From positions 96,001 to 160,000 of the forward strand of contig JAYQLI010000035.1 in assembly GCA_038143065.1 (NCBI GenBank): DNA of 64,000 nucleotides, given 5' to 3'. The notes below the pieces were generated by a model. It was not told the DNA's origin and ran no database searches. It was given only the letters and a program-made list of their open reading frames with translations. Shown here one piece after another: positions 11,253 through 19,901 of this stretch. Position numbers and translations under genes: made by a program. The DNA is from Rhodospirillales bacterium. GTDB taxonomy: Bacteria > Pseudomonadota > Alphaproteobacteria > Bin95. The first letter of the stretch is position 1. Every line of letters begins with the position of its first letter.

Positions 11253-12449
11253 TTAATTTCTGACGTCAATTTCTACTTCAACCATCATACCAGGAGAGAG
11301 ACGCTTTGGTTGTTTAGTGAACGCAATTTTGACTGGGATCCTTTGAGTGACCTTTGTAAAATTGCCACTTGGGTTTGGGGTTGGTAGAAGTGCAAATCTT
11401 GAAGTTGCCGCAGTTCCTATCTTCTCCACTTTCCCCATGAAGTTGTCGTCTGGATAGGCATCGACAGTAATATGGACAATCTGGTCAACGCTTAGACGGC
11501 GAACTTGTGTCTCTTTAATATTGGCTTCTACCCATACATTCTCAGGATTATGAAGCATTAGCACGCGCCGGCCTGGGCCTACGAATTCACCGTTTTCTAC
11601 GAAAACACGATCTATAATTCCGGGGATTGGTGCCCGAATAGAACGCTGGGCAATAAGTGCTTCTTGCCGAGCCATTCTAGCCATAAGCTCCGCTTCCTTA
11701 TGATCAAGAATAGCCAATTCGCTTTCTATGACCGACAACTCCCCTTTGTCAGCTTCTGCCTCTGCTGCTTCGCCACGTGAAGAGGCAATGTCTGCATCAG
11801 CGCGGCGAAGTTCACTTTCTAGTCGTGAAACTTCTGCCTCAGCTCGGTCTAGGCGAGAACGCGAAATAACGCGTCGATTAAAAAGACTTTGAAATCGATC
11901 AAACTCTTGTTTTGCAAGCTTTAATTCTGCAGCAAGGGCACTTCGCCGAGCTTGTTGTGCCTGAACTTCTGTTGCTCTTGTTTGTACTCTACTGTTTGTT
12001 TGTCGGGTAACCATGTCTGTTCGGGCTGCATACTCGGCCCTCTCGGCCTGAACGCCAGCGAGGGAGGCTTTCAGAGCGTCTAGCTCTAAGGCTTGGACTT
12101 TATTATCCACTTGAGCAAGGAGGGTGCCGGCCTCCACGGTGTCGCCGGACTCTACATTGAGTGCAACTAATAATCCTTCAACACGGCTGCCAACAGTAAT
12201 GTGATCAGTAGTAACTCGAGCGTCGTACTCATAAACGTGAGTCATTCGGCTCATTACCTCACGACCTGCAAAAATCATTGCTGCTACGGCGACAAGTCCA
12301 ATCGCAAAGTAACGCAAAGTTCTTTTTGGTCGGTGTCGTTGTGTTTTATTTGGGGTTGCCGATAGTGTACTTGAGTTAGCGTTATCCGCTGAACTTTGAG
12401 AGCTTGATAACGCATTTGTTTCTGAACCTTTTTCAGTGTCTTGTGCCAT
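11253..12449 (-). CDS. HlyD/EmrA family efflux membrane fusion protein
   Basis: N-terminal TM helix, coiled coil, WVEANIKET, VDAYP, GNFTKVTQRIPVKI, PGMMVEV. Confidence 0.93.
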   Translation of the reverse strand: MAQDTEKGSETNALSSSQSSADNANSSTLSATPNKTQRHRPKRTLRYFAIGLVAVAAMIFAGREVMSRMTHVYEYDARVTTDHITVGSRVEGLLVALNVESGDTVEAGTLLAQVDNKVQALELDALKASLAGVQAERAEYAARTDMVTRQTNSRVQTRATEVQAQQARRSALAAELKLAKQEFDRFQSLFNRRVISRSRLDRAEAEVSRLESELRRADADIASSRGEAAEAEADKGELSVIESELAILDHKEAELMARMARQEALIAQRSIRAPIPGIIDRVFVENGEFVGPGRRVLMLHNPENVWVEANIKETQVRRLSVDQIVHITVDAYPDDNFMGKVEKIGTAATSRFALLPTPNPSGNFTKVTQRIPVKIAFTKQPKRLSPGMMVEVEIDVRN

Positions 12450-12909
12450 CAAGCATCTCCTTTGAGGTGGGGTGTAGAGAGACTTTCAAATCGACTTATC
12501 AATTGTGTAGTGAATTCAATCATTGCATTAACCTGCGCTGGGTCGAGGTCGCCGAGCACTTCTTGCCGAAGTTCAGCCGCAATAGTATCTACTTCTTGGA
12601 ATCGAGCCCGTCCGTGTTTGGTAAGGTGTATTAGGTTGGCTCGGCGGTCATCTGGATTTGGGTTGCGATCAACCAGGCCAGCTTCCTCTAACTGGTCAAT
12701 TTGGCGTACAAGTGTTGCACCTGAAATTCCCGCCCGCGCTGCAAGATCAAGCTGAGTTATTCCATCAACCTTGTCATTTAGGTGCATGAGCAAAATCCAA
12801 CGGGCTTGTGAGAGCCCAAGGGGCGCAATCTGTTGTCTAGTTCAGTCCGCCAGAGTCTTGCGAGAAGTCCAGTTTGTCTGCCCAAATTTGTTGGAGGATT
12901 GCGGGCCAT
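12449..12909 (-). CDS. MarR/SlyA-family transcriptional regulator, frameshift ~12840
   Basis: LGLSQARWILLMHL...ITQLDLA...ATLVRQIDQLEEAGLV...DDRRANLIHLT. N-terminus MARNPPTNLGRQTGLLARLWR is in another frame. First gene of the MarR-EmrA-EmrB operon. Confidence 0.88.
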
Positions 12910-12922
12910 TACAGTTACTCTT

Positions 12923-12979
12923 TTATGATCCTAATTATTAGCTACCTATATGTTAGTATCCTAATAATTAGGGTGCAAT
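12923..12979. promoter_or_regulatory. Putative MarR/SlyA operator array: four TTA-N6-TAA-like boxes at 15-bp period
   Basis: TTATGATCCTAA (12923), TTAGCTACCTAT (12938), TTAGTATCCTAA (12953), TTAGGGTGCAAT (12968). Includes the perfect inverted repeat CCTAATTATTAG/CTAATAATTAGG. Confidence 0.65.
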
Positions 12980-13045
12980 TCAAGGAGGTCAACTCTCGCA
13001 AGCTTATTGTAGCCACTTAGTCGTTAATATGACCGCATCCTGATG

Positions 13046-13086
13046 CCGAGAAGTTTGTATGGCAGCTGCCATCACAAGCATTCCGG
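13046..13086 (-). other. Long imperfect hairpin with 14-bp perfect palindrome in the 3' UTR of the UGSC gene
   Basis: ATGGCAGCTGCCAT (13059-13072) flanked by TTGT/ACAA and CCG/CGG arms. No U-tract. Confidence 0.45.
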
Positions 13087-13098
13087 GAAAAAATTATT

Positions 13099-13623
13099 TC
13101 ATTTATTCCCCGCCTGAATCCTCTCAAGAATTTTTGGCGCTGCTTCGAATGCAAGGGTCTTAAGCTCATCAGCAGTCTTATTTTGGATTGGGTGTGGCGT
13201 CCAAACAATTGCTGGAGCAAAACCCAATGCCTTACCTTGGGCTTCCGCTGCTTGTTGAAACTCCACTGTTGCTGTCGCACAGCCAGGGATCCCACGAACG
13301 TCGAGTTGGTGAATGTCATGCAAACTGCACGACGTACACGATCCTCAATCTGCTAAGGCTTCGACGACAATGTCACAACTTTCAACAATATCTTGCAGTA
13401 TAGATTCTGGTGCCGGTTTAGTATGCGTTGGCTTTTTAAATCTTATTGTTTTAACGCCTGCAGCCTGAATCAAGGGCTCTAGAGCGTCCATAAATTCATC
13501 AGAACGCTCTTTTGAGATAGATAAGAGACCGACAGTTTTTCCTGATATGTCGGGAGGAGGAGGGCGTCTTTCTCTGAGCGAAGAAGCGCTCTCTGCTGTA
13601 GGGTCTCGCATAGCATATGTCAT
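13099..13623 (-). CDS. UGSC-family selenoprotein (174 aa), in-frame TGA at 13345-13347 read as selenocysteine
   Basis: ORFs 13345..13623 and 13099..13323 share a frame: GCC TTA GCA GAT TGA GGA TCG TGT ACG TCG TGC = ALAD-U-GSCTSC, then HD..RGIP..PHP. A SECIS-like hairpin follows. Confidence 0.88.
13315..13333 (-). promoter_or_regulatory. Bacterial SECIS element
   Basis: UGA + 11 nt (GGAUCGUGUAC) + GUCGUGCA-GUU-UGCAUGAC, an 8-bp stem with one G-U pair and an apical GU. Geometry is close to the E. coli fdhF SECIS (UGCAGGUCUGCA apex). Confidence 0.75.
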
Positions 13624-13627
13624 AGGT

Positions 13628-15069
13628 TCAATACTCCTCTAATGCTTGAGTTACCGGTCGAACTTCTGCATTGTTTCGTCCGCCGGTCCAACCACCAATA
13701 ATTGCTGACATCAAAGCTCCAGGCCCCCTGCTCTAACAACCAAAAGTCCGCCTGGATGAAATTTGTCGATCATCCCATTAGAGTCAGAGTACTTTTCTGC
13801 CTGAGCAGGCGTAATTCCAAGAGGGTGACCCGCACCTTCTAATATTTCTGATGTGGGACGCTTGAGAGCCTTATAAAGCCCATCTTCAATCTCTGCTCGG
13901 CCCCAACCATCTTTTCTGAAGATTTCATAGTGGTTAGGAGAAATGACTAGGATTGCATTGCCCCATCGTGCAAGTCGTGGGTGGTTAACGCTCCATAACT
14001 GCATTGCCATAGACTCACAGAGTTCTTCAGCTGTTCTACTTTTCTGGTCAACGAAGCCAGTTACGCCATCAGCATGGAATAGAGTGACCGCTGAAGCACC
14101 ACTGCTAACACCTCTTGCCTGAGCTAGTGGGATCCAATCCTCATCGCCTTCATCCTCCGCAAAGCAAAAAGTATATTTGCCAGGTTGTCCGAGGCACGCT
14201 CTGTCAATTTCTTGCGGACGACCGCCACCAACATTTCTGATAATCAATTGGAATGCACGCCCAATAGTGGCATTTGCTCGATTACCCTGGCCAAGAGCAT
14301 TTCCACCAGAATTCATGCCGATACGGCGTGAAATAGGGCCATTCACCAAGATAAGTGGGCCAGAGAATGCAAGGGTGCAAAGAAGTCCATGCATTGCAAA
14401 CTCTGGCTCAAGCGCTGCTTTCATGGCTCCAAGTAGCACAGGGAAGTATTCGGGGCGGCAGCCTGCCATAACGGCATTAACAGCAGCCTTTTCAACAGTG
14501 CAAGGAACAAGGTTTGGGGGAATTAATCCTATAATCTCGTCAGCTTTTCGGGTTGTACCCGCTAACATTCTTGCCACCCTTAAATCGGTGGGAGGTGTTA
14601 CTGGAAGGCCATCAGTCCAGCCTCGATCGAACGCTACCTCCATGGGATCATTGTCGTCATCGACTTCTATCGCGCGCGAATTAAGTACTATTTCACCTGC
14701 CTTAAGGGCTAGTCTTTCTACTGCTCCAGGGGCAACATTTAGAGCTCCGCAGCCTGGCATATTTTCAGGCATTGAAGCCCCAAGATTATCTATCCCAGTA
14801 ATTTCTCTCCAGTCGTTCTTATTCCAGCCATAGACGCGTGAAGTCTCTGTTGTTTGGTTGAATGCAATAACGGTTGGAACTATTTCAATTCTAAGCCTAT
14901 GACTTTCCAGCAATTCATCATCGTGGCGAGGGTTTAGGCCACGTGGAAACTCCGGTATGTCCTGAGTAATAACTTCAAGATCCAATCCTGCTGCACGCAT
15001 TTCCGCTAATGCAGGGACTGCTAGGCGGCACGTTGGACAATCTTCTTTAACAACCGCGACAAAACGCAT
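13628..15069 (-). CDS. UGSC-associated protein: N-terminal thioredoxin-like CxxC domain fused to a large uncharacterised domain, frameshift in G-run ~13725
   Basis: VKEDCPTC...IEIVPT (Trx-like, cis-Pro), then PGCG, GWTDGLPVTPPT, NAVMAGCRPEY, NRANATIGRA, GQPGKY. The true C-terminus GPGALMSAIIGGW...ALEEY* ends 4 nt before the UGSC start. Confidence 0.8.
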
Positions 15070-15158
15070 TAGCTGTCCTCCTCCAGGCAACGATAGCCCC
15101 AGACGAAATGGAGCGCTACATTGTTAATGTTAACTATCAAGCGAAGCGGATAAGAAAA

Positions 15159-16427
15159 ATGGATTTTGGCTATTCAGATAAGGTGAAGCAGCTACAAGAG
15201 CGTGTTTCGGACTTTATGGCGAGGGAGATTGTTCCTCGCGATAAGGAGTGGCACGAGCTAACTGAATCCGGTGTTTTCCCTCCTGCTTTTTGTGAAGATA
15301 TTAAATCAAAAGCTAAAGCAGAGGGACTTTGGAATTTCTTCTTACCAAATCTTCCCGAAGAAGCTCCAGGTCAAGGCCTTAGCAATCTCGAGTATGCCCC
15401 GCTTGCTGAAATAATGGGTCGTATTTACTGGTCGCCCGAGATGTTCAACTGCAATGCACCGGACACGGGAAATATGGAAGTATTTCACATGTTCGGTACG
15501 CCTGAGCAGAAAGATACCTATCTGAAGCCCCTTTTAGAGGGCGAAATCCGCTCGGCTTTTTGTATGACGGAGCCTGAAGTGGCTTCCTCCGATGCCACGA
15601 ACGTCCAAACGAGAATTGAAAAGGATGGGAATGAATATGTCATAAATGGGCGTAAGTGGTTCATTACTAATGCTGAGCATCCCAACCTTGGCGTGATGAT
15701 AGTTATGGGTAAGACCGATCCGAGTGCAGAGACCCACCGTCAACAGTCACAGGTCATTGTGGATCCCAATACACCAGGTGTTTCTATCCGCAGAAATTTG
15801 CCTGTAATGCATCACATTAGCCCTGAGGGACACTGCGAGGTCGTCTTCGATAATGTCAGAGTACCGACAACTAACATCATTGCCGAAGAGGGTGATGGAT
15901 TCATGATTGCCCAGGCACGCCTAGGTCCGGGGCGGATCCACCACTGCATGCGTACCATAGGTCAGTGTGAGGTGGCTTTGGAGCTTATGATAGAACGTGG
16001 GTTGAACCGGAATACCTTCGGCAAAAGAACTATTGATCACGATACTGTAAGAGAGGCTGTAGCACTGTCGCGCCAAGAGATAGATATGGCTCGGCTCTTG
16101 GTTCTTCGTGCAGCTTGGATGATCGACACAGAAGGGCCGCGTGCCGCTCGCATGGAAGTGTCAAAGATTAAGGTAGTTGCCGCGAGACTTCAGACGACGG
16201 TCGTCAACCGCGCCATGCAAGTATTTGGTGCTATGGGCCTAACGCCTGATACTCCACTTTCATACCTTTGGACTTGGGGTAGGGCACTTCAGTTTATTGA
16301 TGGACCAGACGAAGTGCACTTGCGTACAATTGCTCGTAGCCTTGTCCGAAATCATGAAAAGAATGGTATGAGCGAGGTGATGCCTCACTTCTATCGTGTT
16401 TCAAAGGACTTCGACGAAAGTCGTTAA
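15159..16427 (+). CDS. Acyl-CoA dehydrogenase (ACAD10/11, FadE2-like)
   Basis: FNCNAPDTGNME, SAFCMTEPEVASSDATN, INGRKW, AQARLGPGRIHHCMR, DGPDEVH. Confidence 0.93.
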   Translation: MDFGYSDKVKQLQERVSDFMAREIVPRDKEWHELTESGVFPPAFCEDIKSKAKAEGLWNFFLPNLPEEAPGQGLSNLEYAPLAEIMGRIYWSPEMFNCNAPDTGNMEVFHMFGTPEQKDTYLKPLLEGEIRSAFCMTEPEVASSDATNVQTRIEKDGNEYVINGRKWFITNAEHPNLGVMIVMGKTDPSAETHRQQSQVIVDPNTPGVSIRRNLPVMHHISPEGHCEVVFDNVRVPTTNIIAEEGDGFMIAQARLGPGRIHHCMRTIGQCEVALELMIERGLNRNTFGKRTIDHDTVREAVALSRQEIDMARLLVLRAAWMIDTEGPRAARMEVSKIKVVAARLQTTVVNRAMQVFGAMGLTPDTPLSYLWTWGRALQFIDGPDEVHLRTIARSLVRNHEKNGMSEVMPHFYRVSKDFDESR

Positions 16428-16442
16428 TTCTGCTTTGGTGTT

Positions 16443-17081
16443 TTAACCCAAGCCTTGCTCAATCATCATCTGGGCAAGGCTTGTTGCGTTTGGTTGTTTG
16501 GAATTTTGTAAGCCTGCAATAACGCCTGCTTGGTCAAGTGCAGATCGGTTTTGGCTTAGTTTAGACTTTGCTTCGATTTTGGTTATTTTGATAGAAAATG
16601 CGACGATTCCATGAAGCATTTTTTGGATGTAGTCTTCTGGTTCGTCACTAAGCTTCCAAGATTTTGGCTGGTCTCCTTCGAATATCTTCGAAAGTTCATT
16701 AACGCATCGCAGCTTTTCAGTATTTTCGATCAACGGAAAAGTTTGGCCGGTTAATTCAACTGATACGTAATTCCAGGTTGGCACCACTCCTTTGCCCTTG
16801 CTTTTGGATTCATACCAGCTGGGCGATATATAGGCATTCGGTCCTGCAAATAACGCTAAAACCTCCCCTGGCTTAGAAAGTGCTCTGGCTTGCGGGTTAC
16901 TGCGAGCCAGATGGCCTATAAGTCGACGATTTTCCGACTGTTGATCAAAAATCAATGGTACCTGGGTAATCAACGGCAGAGCATTATCTTCTGACGGGGT
17001 TATTAGCGTTGCGAAGGGGTGTCTTGTGATTACGTTTATCGCCTCGTCCCGTGAGGCAGCAAAATGGGTTGGGGCATACAA
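16443..17081 (-). CDS. paiB: PaiB-like FMN-binding protein
   Basis: YAPTHF, PFATLIT, GHLARSNPQ, YISPSWY, VPTWNY, KLSQNR. TTG start. Confidence 0.88.
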   Translation of the reverse strand: MYAPTHFAASRDEAINVITRHPFATLITPSEDNALPLITQVPLIFDQQSENRRLIGHLARSNPQARALSKPGEVLALFAGPNAYISPSWYESKSKGKGVVPTWNYVSVELTGQTFPLIENTEKLRCVNELSKIFEGDQPKSWKLSDEPEDYIQKMLHGIVAFSIKITKIEAKSKLSQNRSALDQAGVIAGLQNSKQPNATSLAQMMIEQGLG

Positions 17082-17240
17082 AATTTCTACTCTTTCGCAA
17101 CAGAAGATGAACGTTAAAGAAGGGAGACGTTATGCAAGACACATATCAGAAGTGGAGACAAACTTAATTAATGTTAGGACCATTGCTGATATTTTTTGGG
17201 CGCTCTGGCTGAATAACGGTCCTTCTAAAGACCTAAACCC

Positions 17241-17912
17241 TTATCCAATATGCTTGCCAAAGAATTCGAGAGTGCGTGAGCGAGCGAGTTTAGCGCAGTC
17301 ATCGTTGAAATCTCCACGATGATCACAGTTGAAGCCGTGTCCTGCAGGGTAAACAAATATATCTGAATCGCTGTGTGCAGCTCGAATTTTGTCTACGTCA
17401 GCCATAGGGATGCCGTGATCATTTTCTCCAAAGTGCATCATCACAGGGTTCTTGGGGGCCTCGTCGTTGAACATTGCAATCTGGCCTCCATAGTAACAGA
17501 CGGAAGCATCTATGCCGACGCGGGTTGCCGTGAGCCATGACATCGATCCGCCCCAGCAGTAGCCTACGCTGCCTATCTTGCCAACATTAGCTGCCCTCAA
17601 GGCGGCAACAGTCGAAGCAACATCTTTAACAGCATCATTCCAGTCGACCTTGGCGCGCGTGTCTCGCCCTTTGGCTATATCGTCGGGCGTATAGCCAACC
17701 TCAAAATTTTTCTCGGCTCTGTCAAATAGTGCTGGTGCTAATACTGCATAACCATCCGCAGCGTAGCCATCAGCTACTTCCCGGATGTGTTTGTTAACGC
17801 CAAAAATTTCTTGAATAACAACTATTCCACCTTTAGGTGTCCCAGATGGATCCGCTTTGTAGCAGTCAAACTCGTGACCATCTTCAGCTTTCAGCGAAAT
17901 TAACGAACCCAT
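17241..17912 (-). CDS. Dienelactone hydrolase family protein
   Basis: QEIFGVN, GYCWGG nucleophile motif, HFGEND, AGHGFNCD. AGGAGG RBS. Confidence 0.92.
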   Translation of the reverse strand: MGSLISLKAEDGHEFDCYKADPSGTPKGGIVVIQEIFGVNKHIREVADGYAADGYAVLAPALFDRAEKNFEVGYTPDDIAKGRDTRAKVDWNDAVKDVASTVAALRAANVGKIGSVGYCWGGSMSWLTATRVGIDASVCYYGGQIAMFNDEAPKNPVMMHFGENDHGIPMADVDKIRAAHSDSDIFVYPAGHGFNCDHRGDFNDDCAKLARSRTLEFFGKHIG

Positions 17913-17965
17913 ACTCATTCCTCCTGAGAAGTTGCTTCGATAACAAAGCATATATTACCGAATAA

Positions 17966-18373
17966 TCAAACGTAAATTAGTTGGCCATCCTTTGCATTCG
18001 TAAGGGCTGTTGTGAGGCCAGAAGTTTGTATTTTTAAACCTTTCTTAATGCTGCCAGCAGTCATACCAGCCACGGTTAGTGCTGTATCGCAGGCTGATAT
18101 AACAACATCTAACTCACAGAGAGCGTTGAGGAGTTCGTCTGGATGAGCTGCGCCAGCCTTTTTCAATTTCAATAAATAATTTTCGCCATGTTCACCTGCA
18201 ACGGTCTGCAGGTTCTCCCAATTATCAGACTTTAAAGTTTCTACGCCTTCCATTCCAAAAAAAATGTGAACGCGGCCGTCTAGAGCGGCGTGCGAGGCTG
18301 CAAGCATTAACGCATAGTGAACCCTGTCTAGGGCCTTTGTTTGGATGACTATGGTGAGGTGGCCAAGTGGCAT
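17966..18373 (-). CDS. DsrE/DsrF-like (DrsE_2) protein
   Basis: DRVHYALMLAAS..AALD, IFFGMEG, conserved ISAC cysteine. Confidence 0.75.
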   Translation of the reverse strand: MPLGHLTIVIQTKALDRVHYALMLAASHAALDGRVHIFFGMEGVETLKSDNWENLQTVAGEHGENYLLKLKKAGAAHPDELLNALCELDVVISACDTALTVAGMTAGSIKKGLKIQTSGLTTALTNAKDGQLIYV

Positions 18374-18379
18374 TAATTT

Positions 18380-18562
18380 TTAGTCTGATCTTAATTGTAG
18401 GGACGAATATTTGCTTAGTATTTGCCGCACTCGGGGCACACATTGGCCACAGGTCGGAGCACATTCATTATCTCTGTATATTTCTGATACCTTTGAGGCT
18501 CCTCTTTCTAAAGCTGCCTGGATAGCCTCTTCCTTGATGCCGTTACATATGCAAATTCGCAT
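18380..18562 (-). CDS. bfd: Bacterioferritin-associated [2Fe-2S] ferredoxin
   Basis: ICICNG...CGQC pattern in 60 aa. Confidence 0.88.
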   Translation of the reverse strand: MRICICNGIKEEAIQAALERGASKVSEIYRDNECAPTCGQCVPRVRQILSKYSSLQLRSD

Positions 18563-18650
18563 TAGAAAACAGATGTCCTAAATGAATATTTCATAACGCT
18601 TACGTTCTTTGAGAATAGAGTCAATTGTCGAGCATCCATTCTAACGTTTC

Positions 18651-19847
18651 TCAAAGATAGCGAGCAATCAACTCTTTCATAATTTCATTCGTGCCCCCGT
18701 ATATTTTTTGTACTCTCGCGTCAGTCCACATTCTAGCAATTGGGTACTCTGACATGTAACCATATCCGCCATGGAGCTGAACACATAAATCAAGAACTTC
18801 GTTTTGTTTCTGGCTAGCCCACCACTTAGCCATTGAGGCAACTTTTGAATCCAGATTGCCTGCTAAAAGACGTTCTACGCAATCATCTATGAATACTCTT
18901 GCTACACGCGCTTCCGTCACAGCTTCAGCAAGCCTGTGTTTTGTATTTTGAAAATCAAATATGGCTTGTCCAAAGGCGCGCCTCGACTTCACATATTGTA
19001 AAGTAAGGTCGAGCCCAGTCTCCATAGATGCCACAGCCCCGACTGCTATTAGGAGCCGTTCCTGCGGTAATTGGTTCATGAGTTGGTAAAACCCTTGGCC
19101 TTCCTCTCCTCCAAGAATTGCATCTGAATTGACAAGAACATCTTCGAAGAACAACTCAGACGTATCTGCCGCATGCATTCCTATTTTCTCTAGGTTTCTG
19201 CCACGGGAAACTCCGGGCAGGGTCATATCTACGAGTATTAGGGAAATTCCTTTACCCCGTGCCTCTGGATCTGTTTTCGCCACCAGAATTATTAGATCTG
19301 CATTTTGACCGTTCGTGATAAAAGTTTTTTGGCCATTTATGAGAAATCCATTTTCTTGTTTTACCGCCCGAGTTTTGACTGACTGCAAGTCAGACCCAGT
19401 TCCCGGTTCCGTCATCCCTATAGCGCAGATTACTTCACCGGATACTAATTTGGGGAGCCATAAACGCTTTTGATCTTCAGTCCCAAACTCCAAGAGGTAG
19501 TGGGCACAAATGCCCGAGTGGACTGCATCGCCAAATGCAGCCCCTAAAGTAATTCGCTCTAATTCTTCTAACCACGCAAAATGGTGAGCAAGCGATCCTC
19601 CACCTCCGCCATACTCTTCTGGAACTGACGGACAAAGAAACCCAGCTGATCCTGCGGCACGCCAAGCGGCCTTGTCTATAAAACCCTGACTAGTCCAACG
19701 CTCAATATGTGGTTGAAATTCCGACTCTAAAAATTTCCTAGCAACGTTTCGAAAAATGCTGACGTCGTCTATTTCCCAACTCGGTTGATAATCACTAGTA
19801 AAATCAAAATTCATCCCACCGCCACCTTGCGTGTCACTGTCGCGCAT
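18651..19847 (-). CDS. Acyl-CoA dehydrogenase (LCAD-like)
   Basis: IGMTEPGTGSDL, NGQKTFITNG, DTSELFF, LPQERL, QLHGGYGYM, IYGGTNEIMK. Confidence 0.93.
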   Translation of the reverse strand: MRDSDTQGGGGMNFDFTSDYQPSWEIDDVSIFRNVARKFLESEFQPHIERWTSQGFIDKAAWRAAGSAGFLCPSVPEEYGGGGGSLAHHFAWLEELERITLGAAFGDAVHSGICAHYLLEFGTEDQKRLWLPKLVSGEVICAIGMTEPGTGSDLQSVKTRAVKQENGFLINGQKTFITNGQNADLIILVAKTDPEARGKGISLILVDMTLPGVSRGRNLEKIGMHAADTSELFFEDVLVNSDAILGGEEGQGFYQLMNQLPQERLLIAVGAVASMETGLDLTLQYVKSRRAFGQAIFDFQNTKHRLAEAVTEARVARVFIDDCVERLLAGNLDSKVASMAKWWASQKQNEVLDLCVQLHGGYGYMSEYPIARMWTDARVQKIYGGTNEIMKELIARYL

Positions 19848-19901
19848 GTTGACGCCTCCTAGCGTATGCTTTCATCTAAGGTAGTTCCTGGAGCATAACT
19901 C

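Noticed and set aside
14177-14833. 218-aa antisense ORF over the Trx-fusion gene, and similar shadow ORFs (2738..3163, 10442..10864, 35468..35929, 41242..41718)
   Set aside because: They lie antisense to well-supported genes, with no family motifs or RBS, as expected from codon bias.
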